DNA of 26,974 nt from Campylobacterota bacterium (GTDB taxonomy: Bacteria > Campylobacterota > Campylobacteria > Campylobacterales > Sulfurimonadaceae). The notes under the pieces were generated by a model. That model saw only the letters and a list, made by a program, of their open reading frames with translations. It was not told the DNA's origin and did no database searches. A program made the position numbers and the translations under genes. The stretch's first letter is position 1. The number at the start of each line of letters is the position of its first letter. This document shows, piece after piece, positions 1-9,687 of the stretch. The stretch is taken from positions 13,354 to 40,327 of the forward strand of contig JAYEMF010000130.1 of the NCBI GenBank assembly GCA_034717975.1. Reading direction: 5' to 3'.

Positions 1-268
1 AACGTAAAAGGAACTTGTCCCTTTTACTACGCTAAAGCCGCTATGGCTGCTAAAGAAAAATCTTTGCAAGATTTTTGTAGGTTCTTCTAAGGATTTTTTA
101 TGGCTGACGATCAGGAAAAGACCGAAGCATTATTGATTTTGAACGTAAAAGGAACTTGTCCCTTTTACTACGCTAAAGCCGCTATGGCTGCTAAAGAAAA
201 ATCTTTGCAAGATTTTTGTAGGTTCTTCTAAGGATTTTTTATGGCTGACGATCAGGAAAAGACCGAAG
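1..268 (+). repeat. Direct tandem repeat, period 141 bp, including RBS and first 28 nt of flhB; truncated by window edge
   Basis: 1..127 is identical to 142..268; the copies diverge at 128 (C) vs 269 (A). Unit holds hairpins GTAAAAGG/CCTTTTAC, AGCC/GGCT and AAAAATCTT/AAGATTTTT. Confidence 0.97.
100..231 (+). other. 43-codon leader ORF created by the repeat (MADDQEKTEALLILNVKGTCPFYYAKAAMAAKEKSLQDFCRFF)
   Basis: Manual translation. Uses a duplicate of the flhB RBS/ATG; its TAA (229-231) overlaps the AAGGA RBS of the real flhB start. Confidence 0.5.
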
Positions 269-1296
269 AACCCACTCCCAAGAAGATTGAAGATGCCCGT
301 AAGGACGGGAATGTCCCGAAAAGTCAGGATACGGCTGGGATCTTTACTCTGTTTATGGCGATTTTGGGCTTTTTGATGCTGTTCCCGTTTATTGCAGAAC
401 GGGCAGAAAACCTTGTTAAATACTACTTTTCACTGCAGGGAACTTCCCTGGATGAGAATACTCTGATGAGTATAGCTATCACTACATTTAAAGAGTTTTT
501 GATCATAGTGCTTCCGTTATCCATCGTTGCAGCTATTGCCGGTATTTTAGGCAATCTTGCACAGATAGGCATCCTCTTCACGACGAAACCGCTTGTTCCC
601 GATCTGACAAAGCTCGACCCCATCAAAGGTGCGAAAAACCTCTTCTCGTTGAAAAAACTGCTTGAGGGAATGATGATGACCTTCAAGGCCTCAACCGCGA
701 TGGGTGTCGGATTTTTCTTTTTTTTTACATTTACAAAGGAACTTCCAACTGTCGCTCTTTTTGGACTGAATGATCAACTGGAATGGGTACGGGATAAGGT
801 CATTATACTGGCCCTGATCATGTTGTTTATTCTTTTTGTTTTTGCGATGATCGATCTGGTGATCAAGCGTAAGCAGTATTTTGACCAGTTAAAGATGAGT
901 AAGCAGGAGATCAAGGATGAGATGAAAAACATGGAAGGGGATCCGCATATCAAGGCGAAGATCCGCCAGGTTCAGATGCAGGCAGCCCAAAAACGGATGA
1001 TGGCCGAGGTTCCCAATGCCGATGTTGTTATTACCAACCCGACACACTACGCTGTCGCTATTAAATATGACGAATCCAAGCACCATGCGCCGATGGTTAT
1101 CGCCAAAGGGAAAGACAACATTGCGGTCCAGATCAAAAAGGTCGCCCGTGAAAACAATGTACATATTGTTCAAAACCCGCCGCTTGCCCGATCCTTGTAT
1201 GCGGAAGTGGATGTCGACAAGCCGATCCCCGAAACGCTTTTCGCCGCCGTGGCAGAAGTTCTTGCCTATGTTTACAAAATGAACAATAAAAGATAA
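241..1296 (+). CDS. flhB: Flagellar export apparatus protein FlhB
   Basis: EKTEEPTPKK N-terminus, transmembrane segments, NPTH autocleavage motif, PPLARSLY. Confidence 0.98.
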   Translation: MADDQEKTEEPTPKKIEDARKDGNVPKSQDTAGIFTLFMAILGFLMLFPFIAERAENLVKYYFSLQGTSLDENTLMSIAITTFKEFLIIVLPLSIVAAIAGILGNLAQIGILFTTKPLVPDLTKLDPIKGAKNLFSLKKLLEGMMMTFKASTAMGVGFFFFFTFTKELPTVALFGLNDQLEWVRDKVIILALIMLFILFVFAMIDLVIKRKQYFDQLKMSKQEIKDEMKNMEGDPHIKAKIRQVQMQAAQKRMMAEVPNADVVITNPTHYAVAIKYDESKHHAPMVIAKGKDNIAVQIKKVARENNVHIVQNPPLARSLYAEVDVDKPIPETLFAAVAEVLAYVYKMNNKR

Positions 1297-1303
1297 AGAG
1301 TAG

Positions 1304-1324
1304 TTAAGGCAGTTTACCTATAAT
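1304..1324 (+). promoter_or_regulatory. Putative housekeeping-sigma promoter for DHH gene
   Basis: TATAAT at 1319-1324 with upstream TTAAG, 25 nt before the TTG start. Confidence 0.55.
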
Positions 1325-1349
1325 TCCAAAAAAAATATTAAGCGAATCA

Positions 1350-2288
1350 TTGACTGAACTATTTGAACGAATCGGCACTGCCGAACACGTCGTACTGATT
1401 GCCCATCTCAATCCTGATGCCGACTCGCTAGGCAGTGCAAGTACTATCTACTCGTATCTGCTTCGCCTGCAAAAAAAGGCAACCCTCTTCTGTGTTACAG
1501 AGACGATCGATCCAAACCTGACTTTCCTTCCCTGGTTTGAGAAAATCCGTCATCAGTTTCCTGCATCGGCAGATCTGGCTATCAGCTTTGATTGCGGCAG
1601 CGTCTCGCGATTGGGGGTTGAACCGTCATGTGAACTGATCAATATCGATCATCACAGTTCCAATAAAGGGTATGGTACGATCAATGCGGTTGATACGACA
1701 GCTATCAGCACGACACAGGTGCTTTATGATCTGTTCCAGGCCGAAAAGATCAAGATCAATCCGAAGATGGCCACGGCACTCTATGCCGGCTTGCTGGATG
1801 ACTCTAACTGTTTTACGTCGGCAAAAACGGATGCGAAAACGTTTATGATGGCCAGTGAGCTTCACCGTTGTGGAGCAGATATTGCTTTATGTTCGGCATC
1901 ATTGGTGCAGAGTCTCTCTTTGGCTGCGATGCGGCTAAAGGGCTGGATGCTTCAAAATGCTAAATTGCGCTGCAGTGGACGGCTGGTAAGTACGTTGGTT
2001 CCTCATGCAGTGATGGAAGCTACCGGTGCGAAGCAGGTCGATTGTGAAGCGGCACTGGAAGAGAGCCTCTACCTGCCGACGGCAGAAGTGGCACTGATGC
2101 TGCGTGAAAATCGTGACGGTTCTGTCAAAGGATCAATCCGTGGTGACGGAAAGATAGATCTTTCCGAATTCGCCAGGGCCTATGGCGGCGGTGGTCATTC
2201 GCATTCAGCCGGTTTCACCATAAAGAACATGGCACTGGAAGATGCAGAAGAGACAATAGTAAATGTACTTGAAAAGGAATTTGTGTGA
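1350..2288 (+). CDS. nrnA: DHH/DHHA1 phosphoesterase (NrnA-like oligoribonuclease/pAp phosphatase)
   Basis: HLNPDADSLGS, IDHH and GGGGH motifs. Confidence 0.88.
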   Translation: MTELFERIGTAEHVVLIAHLNPDADSLGSASTIYSYLLRLQKKATLFCVTETIDPNLTFLPWFEKIRHQFPASADLAISFDCGSVSRLGVEPSCELINIDHHSSNKGYGTINAVDTTAISTTQVLYDLFQAEKIKINPKMATALYAGLLDDSNCFTSAKTDAKTFMMASELHRCGADIALCSASLVQSLSLAAMRLKGWMLQNAKLRCSGRLVSTLVPHAVMEATGAKQVDCEAALEESLYLPTAEVALMLRENRDGSVKGSIRGDGKIDLSEFARAYGGGGHSHSAGFTIKNMALEDAEETIVNVLEKEFV

Positions 2289-3655
2289 GAAAAAAAAGTA
2301 ATTTTGGTTCGATGATAGGGATGCTGCTTTTTATCGGCATCATTGCCGGAGGAGTCTTTGTCTATACCTCGCCGATGTTTGAGCAGGATAAGCCCTCGGC
2401 TGTATTGATAGACAGTAACGGTTTTTGGAATATGAAAAAACCGTTGATGATCAAAATCGATGATGAAAGCGGCCTGAAGCAGTACAAAGTCACGCTAAAG
2501 AGCGGCGATAAAAGTTTCGAGCTTGCCAGTGAGCAGTTTATGACTCCGGAAACAGATACTGTAATTACCGTAGATGTCCCTAAAAATGTATTTAGATTAA
2601 AAGTGGATGAGGTGGTCATTACGGTAGAAGCCAACGATGCAAGCAGCTGGAATTTTATGAAGGGCAATAGCTCTAAAGATGATTTTCTGCTGATCGTAGA
2701 TAAACGACGTCCGGTAGCCAATGTGATCACCAACTCTTACGGTATTCGTAAAGGTGGCTCAGCGCTGGTTGTATTTGAAGCATCCGATGACAATATCAAA
2801 TCATTCCATATTGAGACAGATTCCGGAAAACATTTTGTAGGCCAGCCTTTTTACAAAGAGAACGTTTATGTGGCATTGATCGCATGGCCGGTTATGGAAG
2901 AGAGCTTTCGTGCAAGACTGGTTGTTGAGGATGAAGCCGGTAATGTCGCCAGGGCACCTATTCCCTTCTATATAAAAAGTGCCCAGTACCGTACCCGTAC
3001 ACTGAAACTATCCGATAAATACCTTGAAGGTAAAATTGCACAGCTAGCGGAAGATTATGCGGAGACTCAGGATGTAGAAGGCCGTATTCCGCAATTCAAG
3101 GTTATCAATGAAGATGTACGTGAAGCGAATGAGAAGCTGATCCATGAGATCACTGCTACCGTTCCCGATACGATGATCAGTTCATTTTCTGTTACCCCGA
3201 TGTATCCGTTGAAAAATGCACAGATACTTGGCGGGTTTGGTGATCACCGCTATTATCACTACCATGGTGAGCAGGTGAGTGAAGCGTATCATCTTGGCTT
3301 GGATATGGCGAGTGTCAAACAGGCGAAGATCACACCGCAAAATGGCGGTGAAGTAGTCTATGCCGGCTACAATGGCATCTATGGAAATATGCCGGTCATT
3401 CATCACGGAATGGGGCTTTATACACTCTATGCACACTGTTCATCGATGAATGTTCAAGTTGGTGATGTTGTTAAACCTAAGCAGGTGATCGCCAATACCG
3501 GTACAACAGGTTCTGTCCTGGGAGATCACCTCCATTTTGGTGTATTGGTGCAAGGCGTTGATGTCCGCCCGCAAGAGTGGATGGATAAGCAGTGGATTCG
3601 CCTCAATATTACCGAAGTGTTAAATAACGCCAAGAAGATCATGAAGCGCTCATAG
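2285..3655 (+). CDS. Membrane-anchored M23 family metallopeptidase
   Basis: N-terminal TM helix; HLGLD, YAHCS and HLHF zinc motifs. Confidence 0.93.
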   Translation: MRKKSNFGSMIGMLLFIGIIAGGVFVYTSPMFEQDKPSAVLIDSNGFWNMKKPLMIKIDDESGLKQYKVTLKSGDKSFELASEQFMTPETDTVITVDVPKNVFRLKVDEVVITVEANDASSWNFMKGNSSKDDFLLIVDKRRPVANVITNSYGIRKGGSALVVFEASDDNIKSFHIETDSGKHFVGQPFYKENVYVALIAWPVMEESFRARLVVEDEAGNVARAPIPFYIKSAQYRTRTLKLSDKYLEGKIAQLAEDYAETQDVEGRIPQFKVINEDVREANEKLIHEITATVPDTMISSFSVTPMYPLKNAQILGGFGDHRYYHYHGEQVSEAYHLGLDMASVKQAKITPQNGGEVVYAGYNGIYGNMPVIHHGMGLYTLYAHCSSMNVQVGDVVKPKQVIANTGTTGSVLGDHLHFGVLVQGVDVRPQEWMDKQWIRLNITEVLNNAKKIMKRS

Positions 3656-3722
3656 GGGGATCTAAGAGCCTTAAAATATTTGGATAATAGAAAAACAGAG
3701 AGAGTGGTTTATATCACTTAGT

Positions 3723-3728
3723 TATAAT
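3723..3728 (+). promoter_or_regulatory. Putative -10 box for the lpxC operon
   Basis: TATAAT in AT-rich intergenic DNA upstream of lpxC. Confidence 0.45.
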
Positions 3729-3808
3729 ATTGGGAATAATATTTGCTTTTTTGGCGTATTGAATAATTACTTAGCCTGATCAAAGGCACCTTGTAGAAGG
3801 ATTTTTAG

Positions 3809-4693
3809 ATGACACAGACAACGATTGGAAAACCTGTAGAGTTAGTAGGTATCGGCTTGCATAAAGGCAATCCGGTTCGCCTGCGTCTTGAACCGCTTGA
3901 AGCAGATAGCGGAATTGTCTTTTATCGTAAAGATGTGAGTGTTTCTATCCCTTTAAAACCAGAAAATGTCGTAGATACAAAGATGGCAACGGTCATAGGC
4001 AAAGAGGGCTGCTTTATCTCGACCATTGAGCATCTCCTCTCTGCAGTATATGCCTATGGCATTGACAATCTCCGTGTCATTGTTGATGCCGATGAAGTAC
4101 CTGTTATGGATGGCTCAAGTGCCAGTTTTTGTATTTTGCTGGATGAAGCCGGTGTCGTGCACCAAGAACAGCCAAAACGGATCATTCGGATAAAAAAAGA
4201 GGTAGAGGTGCAAGAGGGTGACAAATATGTCAAACTTTCGCCATCGAAAGAGCTCAAGTACGATTTCACCATCAAATTTCAGCATCCGGTGATCGACGAG
4301 CAGAACTTTGTGGTTCATTTGACGAAGCATACTTATAAAAATGAGATTGCCCGTGCACGAACATTCGGCTTTTTGCATGAAGTACAGTATCTGCGTTCAA
4401 AAGGTCTGGCACTTGGCGGAAGCCTTGAAAATGCTGTAGTTCTGGATGAGAAGAAGGTCCTTAATGCCGAAGGTCTGCGTTTCAGTGATGAGTTTGTCCG
4501 CCATAAGATTTTAGATGCCATCGGTGATATGTCGCTGCTTGGTATGAATTTTATCGGTAATTATGAAGCCTTTGCGGGCAGTCATGACCTGAATCACAAG
4601 CTGACACTGGAGCTTTTAAAGAGTCCGGAAAATTATGAAGTGGTTGAGCTGAGCGGTGTCGAAGAGAAGGAGATGGCCAAAGCGTATGCATGA
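3809..4693 (+). CDS. lpxC: UDP-3-O-acyl-GlcNAc deacetylase
   Basis: GIGLHKG, TIEHLLSA, ARTFGF and HKILDAIGD motifs. Confidence 0.98.
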   Translation: MTQTTIGKPVELVGIGLHKGNPVRLRLEPLEADSGIVFYRKDVSVSIPLKPENVVDTKMATVIGKEGCFISTIEHLLSAVYAYGIDNLRVIVDADEVPVMDGSSASFCILLDEAGVVHQEQPKRIIRIKKEVEVQEGDKYVKLSPSKELKYDFTIKFQHPVIDEQNFVVHLTKHTYKNEIARARTFGFLHEVQYLRSKGLALGGSLENAVVLDEKKVLNAEGLRFSDEFVRHKILDAIGDMSLLGMNFIGNYEAFAGSHDLNHKLTLELLKSPENYEVVELSGVEEKEMAKAYA

Positions 4694-5135
4694 TCTTGTT
4701 GTGATTGCATTGAGTTCACCGCTGCTGCTTGGCGTCTACAGAGACGGAGAACTGATCGAAACGATTGAAAGTGATGAGAAATCCTCTGAAGTCCTGCCAC
4801 GTCTGGTTCAGGAGCTTCTGAACAAATACACTTTTTCCCATTTTATCTATGCCAAAGGGCCGGGAAGTTTTATGGCGATCAAGATCACCTACCTGTTTTT
4901 TAAAACACTCTCTATTACGAAGAATATCCCCTTTTTGGCGACAGATGCCTTCTATTTCAATGAAAACCAGCCTATCAAAGCCGTTGGAAAGCTCTGTTTT
5001 GTTAAAACTTCAGACACAATAGTCACGCAGACCCTTCCCGAGGTGCCGGTAAATCGATTTAGGCTGCCAGAACGTCTGCATTTAGAAGATTTTGAGTCGG
5101 ATACGGCTCCTTTTTACGGTATTGGTGCCGTCTGA
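4686..5135 (+). CDS. tsaB: Short TsaB-like (t6A biosynthesis/glycoprotease family) protein
   Basis: GPGSFMAIK resembles the TsaB GPGSFTG motif; located between lpxC and thrB. Start moved to ATG 4686, overlapping the lpxC end. Confidence 0.75.
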   Translation: MHDLVVIALSSPLLLGVYRDGELIETIESDEKSSEVLPRLVQELLNKYTFSHFIYAKGPGSFMAIKITYLFFKTLSITKNIPFLATDAFYFNENQPIKAVGKLCFVKTSDTIVTQTLPEVPVNRFRLPERLHLEDFESDTAPFYGIGAV

Positions 5136-5147
5136 TAAGGAAATTAA

Positions 5148-6029
5148 TTGACCATAAGCGTACCTGCAACCAGTGCCAACCTCGGCCCTGGATTTGATTC
5201 CTTAGGACTTTCGGTAGACCTGCGCAATGTCGTAGAGTTTCACCCATCACGTTTTTTCAGTATCGCCATTAAAGGTGAAGGGGAGAACAACCCTCGTCTT
5301 AAGGGGAATAATCTTTTCGTCAGTATCTTTAATGACCACTATAAACGACTGACTCAGCGGCGTCAGAACTTCAAGTTTACGTTTCACAATCAGATTCCGA
5401 TGTCCAGGGGACTTGGCAGTTCATCAGCTGTTATCGTGAGTGCTATTTCGACAGCGCATGAGGCGGCCGGTGTCCGTGTCTCAAAACGACGTATTTTAAA
5501 TCATGCCTTGGTATATGAATCGCATCCGGACAATATCACCCCCGCTGTGATGGGTGGCTTCAATGCTGCTACGCTTGAAAAACAGAAAGTCTTTTCGCAA
5601 AAAAAACATATGCCGGATTACCTGAAAGCGGTTGTTGTCATTCCCAATAAACCGATATCAACCGCCCGCTCCCGAACCAGTTTGCCGCGCTCCTACAGTA
5701 AAGAGAATGCCATTTTCAACCTCTCTCATACGGCACTTACCGTGGCTGCTTTTTTTAATGAGGATTGGGAGATGCTTCGTATCGCTTCACAGGATCGCTT
5801 TCATCAAAAAGTTCGCATGAAACTCTTGCCGGATCTTTTTTCTGTTCAGAAACTTGCTTATGAAGGAGGCGCTTTGATGAGCACCCTCTCCGGTAGTGGA
5901 TCGACCTTTTTCAATATGGTCTATGATGAAGATGCACAGAAGATCGCCAACAGTTTTTCGGCTAAATTTCCTGACTTCACGGTAAAAGTGCTTGATTTCG
6001 ATAATGACGGCCTGATTATCAAGCGATAA
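5148..6029 (+). CDS. thrB: Homoserine kinase
   Basis: [28 protein letters not shown] and SGSG motifs. Confidence 0.97.
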   Translation: MTISVPATSANLGPGFDSLGLSVDLRNVVEFHPSRFFSIAIKGEGENNPRLKGNNLFVSIFNDHYKRLTQRRQNFKFTFHNQIPMSRGLGSSSAVIVSAISTAHEAAGVRVSKRRILNHALVYESHPDNITPAVMGGFNAATLEKQKVFSQKKHMPDYLKAVVVIPNKPISTARSRTSLPRSYSKENAIFNLSHTALTVAAFFNEDWEMLRIASQDRFHQKVRMKLLPDLFSVQKLAYEGGALMSTLSGSGSTFFNMVYDEDAQKIANSFSAKFPDFTVKVLDFDNDGLIIKR

Positions 6030-6050
6030 ATCAAGGAATATTTCGATATA

Positions 6051-6305
6051 ATGCCGCGAATAAAGACTCAGCCATTTCGGATGTGTATCGTCTGCCGTAC
6101 CAGAGCAGAACAGCACACACTGATACGTTTACAGTGCGAAGAGAAGATGCTTAGACCCTTCAGCGGGAATGGGCGGAGCTTCTATCTGTGTAAAGCGTGT
6201 GTGGAAGATAAAAAACTAGACCGGGCACTGGCTAGACAGTGCAAATCGGGTGCCACACAACAGTTAATGAGTCAGCTAAAGGAGATCATCTCGGATGACA
6301 GATAA
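6051..6305 (+). CDS. ylxR: YlxR/DUF448 family RNA-binding protein
   Basis: RMCIVCR and GRSFYLC motifs; directly upstream of infB. Confidence 0.85.
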   Translation: MPRIKTQPFRMCIVCRTRAEQHTLIRLQCEEKMLRPFSGNGRSFYLCKACVEDKKLDRALARQCKSGATQQLMSQLKEIISDDR

Positions 6306-8901
6306 AGTAAGAGTCCATGAAATTGCCAAAGAACTTGGAATTGCCTCAAAAGAGGTTGTAGATAAAGCTTCGGCAATTGGCCTGTCGGTTAAAACAGCAT
6401 CAAGTTCAGTTTCGATGGAAGAAGCTGAAAAGATCATGGATTACATTATGACAGGTGCTGCTCCTGCACCTGCCGCAAAACCAAAAGTTGTTAAAAAAGC
6501 TGCTGCTGCAAAAGAAGAGGAGAGCGCTCCGAAAGAAGAAGCTCCTAAGAGTGAAGAACCGGCAGAAGAGAAAACGGTAGAAGCTGCGCCAAAAGCTGAA
6601 GAGAAAAAACCGGAAGAGACTCCAAAAGAGGTTAAAGAGGAGGTCGCTGCTCCTGCAAAAGAAAAAGCACCGGAAAAAGCTGCCAAGCCTTCACCGCTTA
6701 AAGAAGTGATACCGATCAAGCGCGCCGGTCTGAGAATCGTTAAAAAGAAAAAGCCGAAACCAGCCGAAGAGTCATACTCACGTCCGGAAAAGACAGCAAA
6801 TGTTTCAACATACGGTAAAGTAAGTGCGGATGCCCTTGAAGAGTTGGCTTCAAAAAAGAAAAGGACATCCAAAGGATCAGCGAGCAAGCAGGATCAAGGA
6901 AAGAGGATGGATATCTTCGGCGGCTCAATGTCCGACGTGTCAATGGACCTTGACGGCGAAGAGGTCGTCTTACTCGATCTGAATATGTCTGACAAGAAAG
7001 AGCTTCCGCCGGAGCAGCCGAGAAAACCGCGTGAGAAAAAGCCGGTAGGACGCGGCGGCGGTAAAAAACAGGGGCAGAGAAAACGTTCAGTTGCACGCGG
7101 CAAGCGTAAGAAATATGTCAAAGCTGCCGGTGAAGATGAAGTTGTAACACATGTAGAGATTCCTGAAGATATCCGTGTATATGAGTTTGCCGAAAAACTC
7201 AACCGTCCGATGTCAGACATCATCAAGGTACTTTTTAATCTTGGCATGATGGCGACTAAAAATGATTTCCTTGGCAAAGATGAGATCGAGATTCTTGCGG
7301 AAGAGTTTGAAGTTGAAGTGACAACGATCGACCCTAAAGATGCCTTTAACTATGAAGAGGCATATGAAGCTGAAGAAGAAGATGAAGGTATGCAGGAACG
7401 CCCACCGGTCATTACGATCATGGGTCACGTTGACCACGGTAAGACATCACTTCTTGATGCAATCCGGGATGCCAAAGTGGCTGATGGTGAAGCCGGAGGG
7501 ATTACGCAGCATATTGGTGCATATACTGTTGATCAGCATGGTAAAAAGATCACCTTTATCGATACTCCGGGTCACTCCGCGTTTAGTGCGATGCGTGCCC
7601 GCGGTGCTCAGGCGACAGATATCATCATTATTGTTGTTGCAGCAGATGATGGTGTGAAACCGCAGACTGAAGAGGCGATCAAGCATGCCAAAGAGTCTGG
7701 TGCTCCGATTATTGTCGCTATGAACAAGATGGACAAAGAGAGCGCCAACCCTGATCTTGTCAAAGGTCAGATGGCAGAAAAAGGTGTTACGCCGGTAGAC
7801 TGGGGTGGAGATATCGAATTTGTTCCGCTCTCTGCCAAAGCAGGCACGGGTATCGATGAACTTCTGGAAAACATCCTGATCCAGTCAGAACTTCTTGAAC
7901 TCAAAGCCAACCCTGATGCAATGGCCAAAGCGGTTGTTGTTGAAAGCTCACTTGAAAAAGGCCGCGGACCGGTTGCAACGGTAATCGTTCAAAACGGTAC
8001 CCTGCGTGTCGGCGATCATGTTGTATGCGGTAGCGCTCATGGCCGTGTCAAGGCGATGATCGATAACCATAAAAAGATGCTCAAAGAGGTCGGGCCAAGT
8101 GAATCTGCTGTTGTCGTCGGTTTGAATGAAGTACCGGGCTCCGGTGAGACAATGATGGCGATGGAGAGTGACAAAGAAGCACGTGAGTACGCTCAGAAAC
8201 GTCATGACTATGAGCGTCATAAAGAGCTTTCAGTCAGTACGAAAACTACACTGGATGAGTTGACATCACTGATAGCCGAAGGCAAACTCAAAACACTTAA
8301 AGTAGTCTTGAAGACAGATGTTCACGGCTCGCTTGAAGCGATCAAGTCATCACTGAGCGAGATGCGTAATGAGGAAGTCAAGGTCAATGTGATCTCTTCC
8401 GGTGTCGGTGGTATTACCGAGAATGATGTCGAACTGGTAAACAACTCTGAAAACTGTGTGCTTCTTGGCTTTAATGTCCGCCCGACAGGTGCGGTTAAAG
8501 CATCGGCAAAACAAAAAGGGGTCGAGATCAAGACCTACTCGATCATCTATCAGCTGATCGACGATATTACTGCGATGCTGACCGGTATGATGGCGCCGAA
8601 ATTTACGGAAGAAAATACAGGTCAGGCTGATGTCCGTGATACCTTCAAGATCCCTGGCGGTATGGTTGCCGGATGTATGGTCGTTGACGGTAAACTGGTT
8701 CGCGGTGGCCATATCCGTGTTATCCGTGATGGTGTCGTTCTCTTCGAAGGCGATCTTACTTCTCTTAAACGCTTCAAAGATGATGTCAAAGAAGTGGGTA
8801 ACGGTTATGAGTGTGGTGTTGTCATCAACGGTTATGAAGATGTACAGGTTGGCGATGTCATCGAAACTTTCACTAAAGTCGAGCAAAAAGTCGCTCTTTA
8901 A
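6295..8901 (+). CDS. infB: Translation initiation factor IF-2
   Basis: [11 protein letters not shown]-terminus; [13 protein letters not shown] and NKMD GTPase motifs; [12 protein letters not shown]. Confidence 0.99.
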   Translation: MTDKVRVHEIAKELGIASKEVVDKASAIGLSVKTASSSVSMEEAEKIMDYIMTGAAPAPAAKPKVVKKAAAAKEEESAPKEEAPKSEEPAEEKTVEAAPKAEEKKPEETPKEVKEEVAAPAKEKAPEKAAKPSPLKEVIPIKRAGLRIVKKKKPKPAEESYSRPEKTANVSTYGKVSADALEELASKKKRTSKGSASKQDQGKRMDIFGGSMSDVSMDLDGEEVVLLDLNMSDKKELPPEQPRKPREKKPVGRGGGKKQGQRKRSVARGKRKKYVKAAGEDEVVTHVEIPEDIRVYEFAEKLNRPMSDIIKVLFNLGMMATKNDFLGKDEIEILAEEFEVEVTTIDPKDAFNYEEAYEAEEEDEGMQERPPVITIMGHVDHGKTSLLDAIRDAKVADGEAGGITQHIGAYTVDQHGKKITFIDTPGHSAFSAMRARGAQATDIIIIVVAADDGVKPQTEEAIKHAKESGAPIIVAMNKMDKESANPDLVKGQMAEKGVTPVDWGGDIEFVPLSAKAGTGIDELLENILIQSELLELKANPDAMAKAVVVESSLEKGRGPVATVIVQNGTLRVGDHVVCGSAHGRVKAMIDNHKKMLKEVGPSESAVVVGLNEVPGSGETMMAMESDKEAREYAQKRHDYERHKELSVSTKTTLDELTSLIAEGKLKTLKVVLKTDVHGSLEAIKSSLSEMRNEEVKVNVISSGVGGITENDVELVNNSENCVLLGFNVRPTGAVKASAKQKGVEIKTYSIIYQLIDDITAMLTGMMAPKFTEENTGQADVRDTFKIPGGMVAGCMVVDGKLVRGGHIRVIRDGVVLFEGDLTSLKRFKDDVKEVGNGYECGVVINGYEDVQVGDVIETFTKVEQKVAL

Positions 8902-9266
8902 TGACCCCTGCGGAAATAAAACTCAAGCGTACCGACGCTATTCTTCAGGAACTCATTCCTGAAGCACTCTCCCAACTAAACGATGCCCGTCTGCATGAAC
9001 TTGATGTTATCGAAGTCAAGTGTGCCCGTGGCCGCAGTGATGCGAAGGTCTATCTAGATCCCCATTTTTACACGGAACAGGAGCGTCGTGATTTTCTTAA
9101 ACTTCTTAGAAAAGCCCGCCCGATCATTGAAGATCACTGTCTGAAAGATCAGGGTTGGTTCCGCTGTCCGAAACTGGCTTTCGAGTTTGACGATCAGATG
9201 GAGAAAAGTAAAACTATCGAAGATCTCTTCAAACAGATCTCCAAGGAGCGTGATAATGAGTCTTGA
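8901..9266 (+). CDS. rbfA: Ribosome-binding factor A
   Basis: Follows infB with TAATG overlap; DAKVY and PKLAFEFD motifs. Confidence 0.92.
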   Translation: MTPAEIKLKRTDAILQELIPEALSQLNDARLHELDVIEVKCARGRSDAKVYLDPHFYTEQERRDFLKLLRKARPIIEDHCLKDQGWFRCPKLAFEFDDQMEKSKTIEDLFKQISKERDNES

Positions 9267-9687
9267 ATCCGATATTAAAAGCATGGTCGAATCAATTGGC
9301 ATGAAACTTTATGATACGGCTATTGTCACCGAACATGAAGAGACTATCTACCGTATCAGTGTAACTGCAGAAGGTGGTGTCAGCATGGATAAGTGTGTTG
9401 AAGCGACACATCTTATCTCACCGCTGCTTGATGTCACTCCTCCTGTTTCAGGTGAATATCGCCTCGAAGTAAGCTCTCCGGGGATTGAGCGAAAATTGAA
9501 AACACTTCAGAACTTTAAAAACTCCGTGGGTGAGAAAGTGGCGGTTGCGACGGTTGAAAAAGTTAAACTGCGCGGTGAACTGCTTCGTGTTGAGGGTGAA
9601 AATATCATTATCAACGACAGCGAAGCCGGAGAGAGCACCGTAGCCTACAAAGATATCAACAAAGCCAGAACTTACTTCGAGTGGTAA
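9256..9687 (+). CDS. rimP: Ribosome maturation factor RimP
   Basis: YRLEVSSPGIER motif; start set at ATG 9256 after AAGGAG. Confidence 0.94.
   Translation: MSLESDIKSMVESIGMKLYDTAIVTEHEETIYRISVTAEGGVSMDKCVEATHLISPLLDVTPPVSGEYRLEVSSPGIERKLKTLQNFKNSVGEKVAVATVEKVKLRGELLRVEGENIIINDSEAGESTVAYKDINKARTYFEW

Noticed and set aside
169..183. YAKAA in the leader ORF resembles the end of the Campylobacter/Helicobacter tmRNA tag as I recall it
   Set aside because: It is internal rather than C-terminal, only 5 residues long, and no tRNA-like tmRNA ends are present.
1..268. CRISPR array interpretation of the repeat
   Set aside because: The unit is 141 bp with no variable spacers, includes flhB coding sequence, and no cas genes are present.
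2290..2297. A8 run at the M23 peptidase start (also A8 at 1328-1335) as phase-variable tracts
   Set aside because: Short A runs are common in Lys codons and AT-rich leaders; the frame is intact.
6450..6720. Ala/Glu/Lys/Pro-rich quasi-repeats in infB
   Set aside because: Normal low-complexity IF-2 N-terminal linker.
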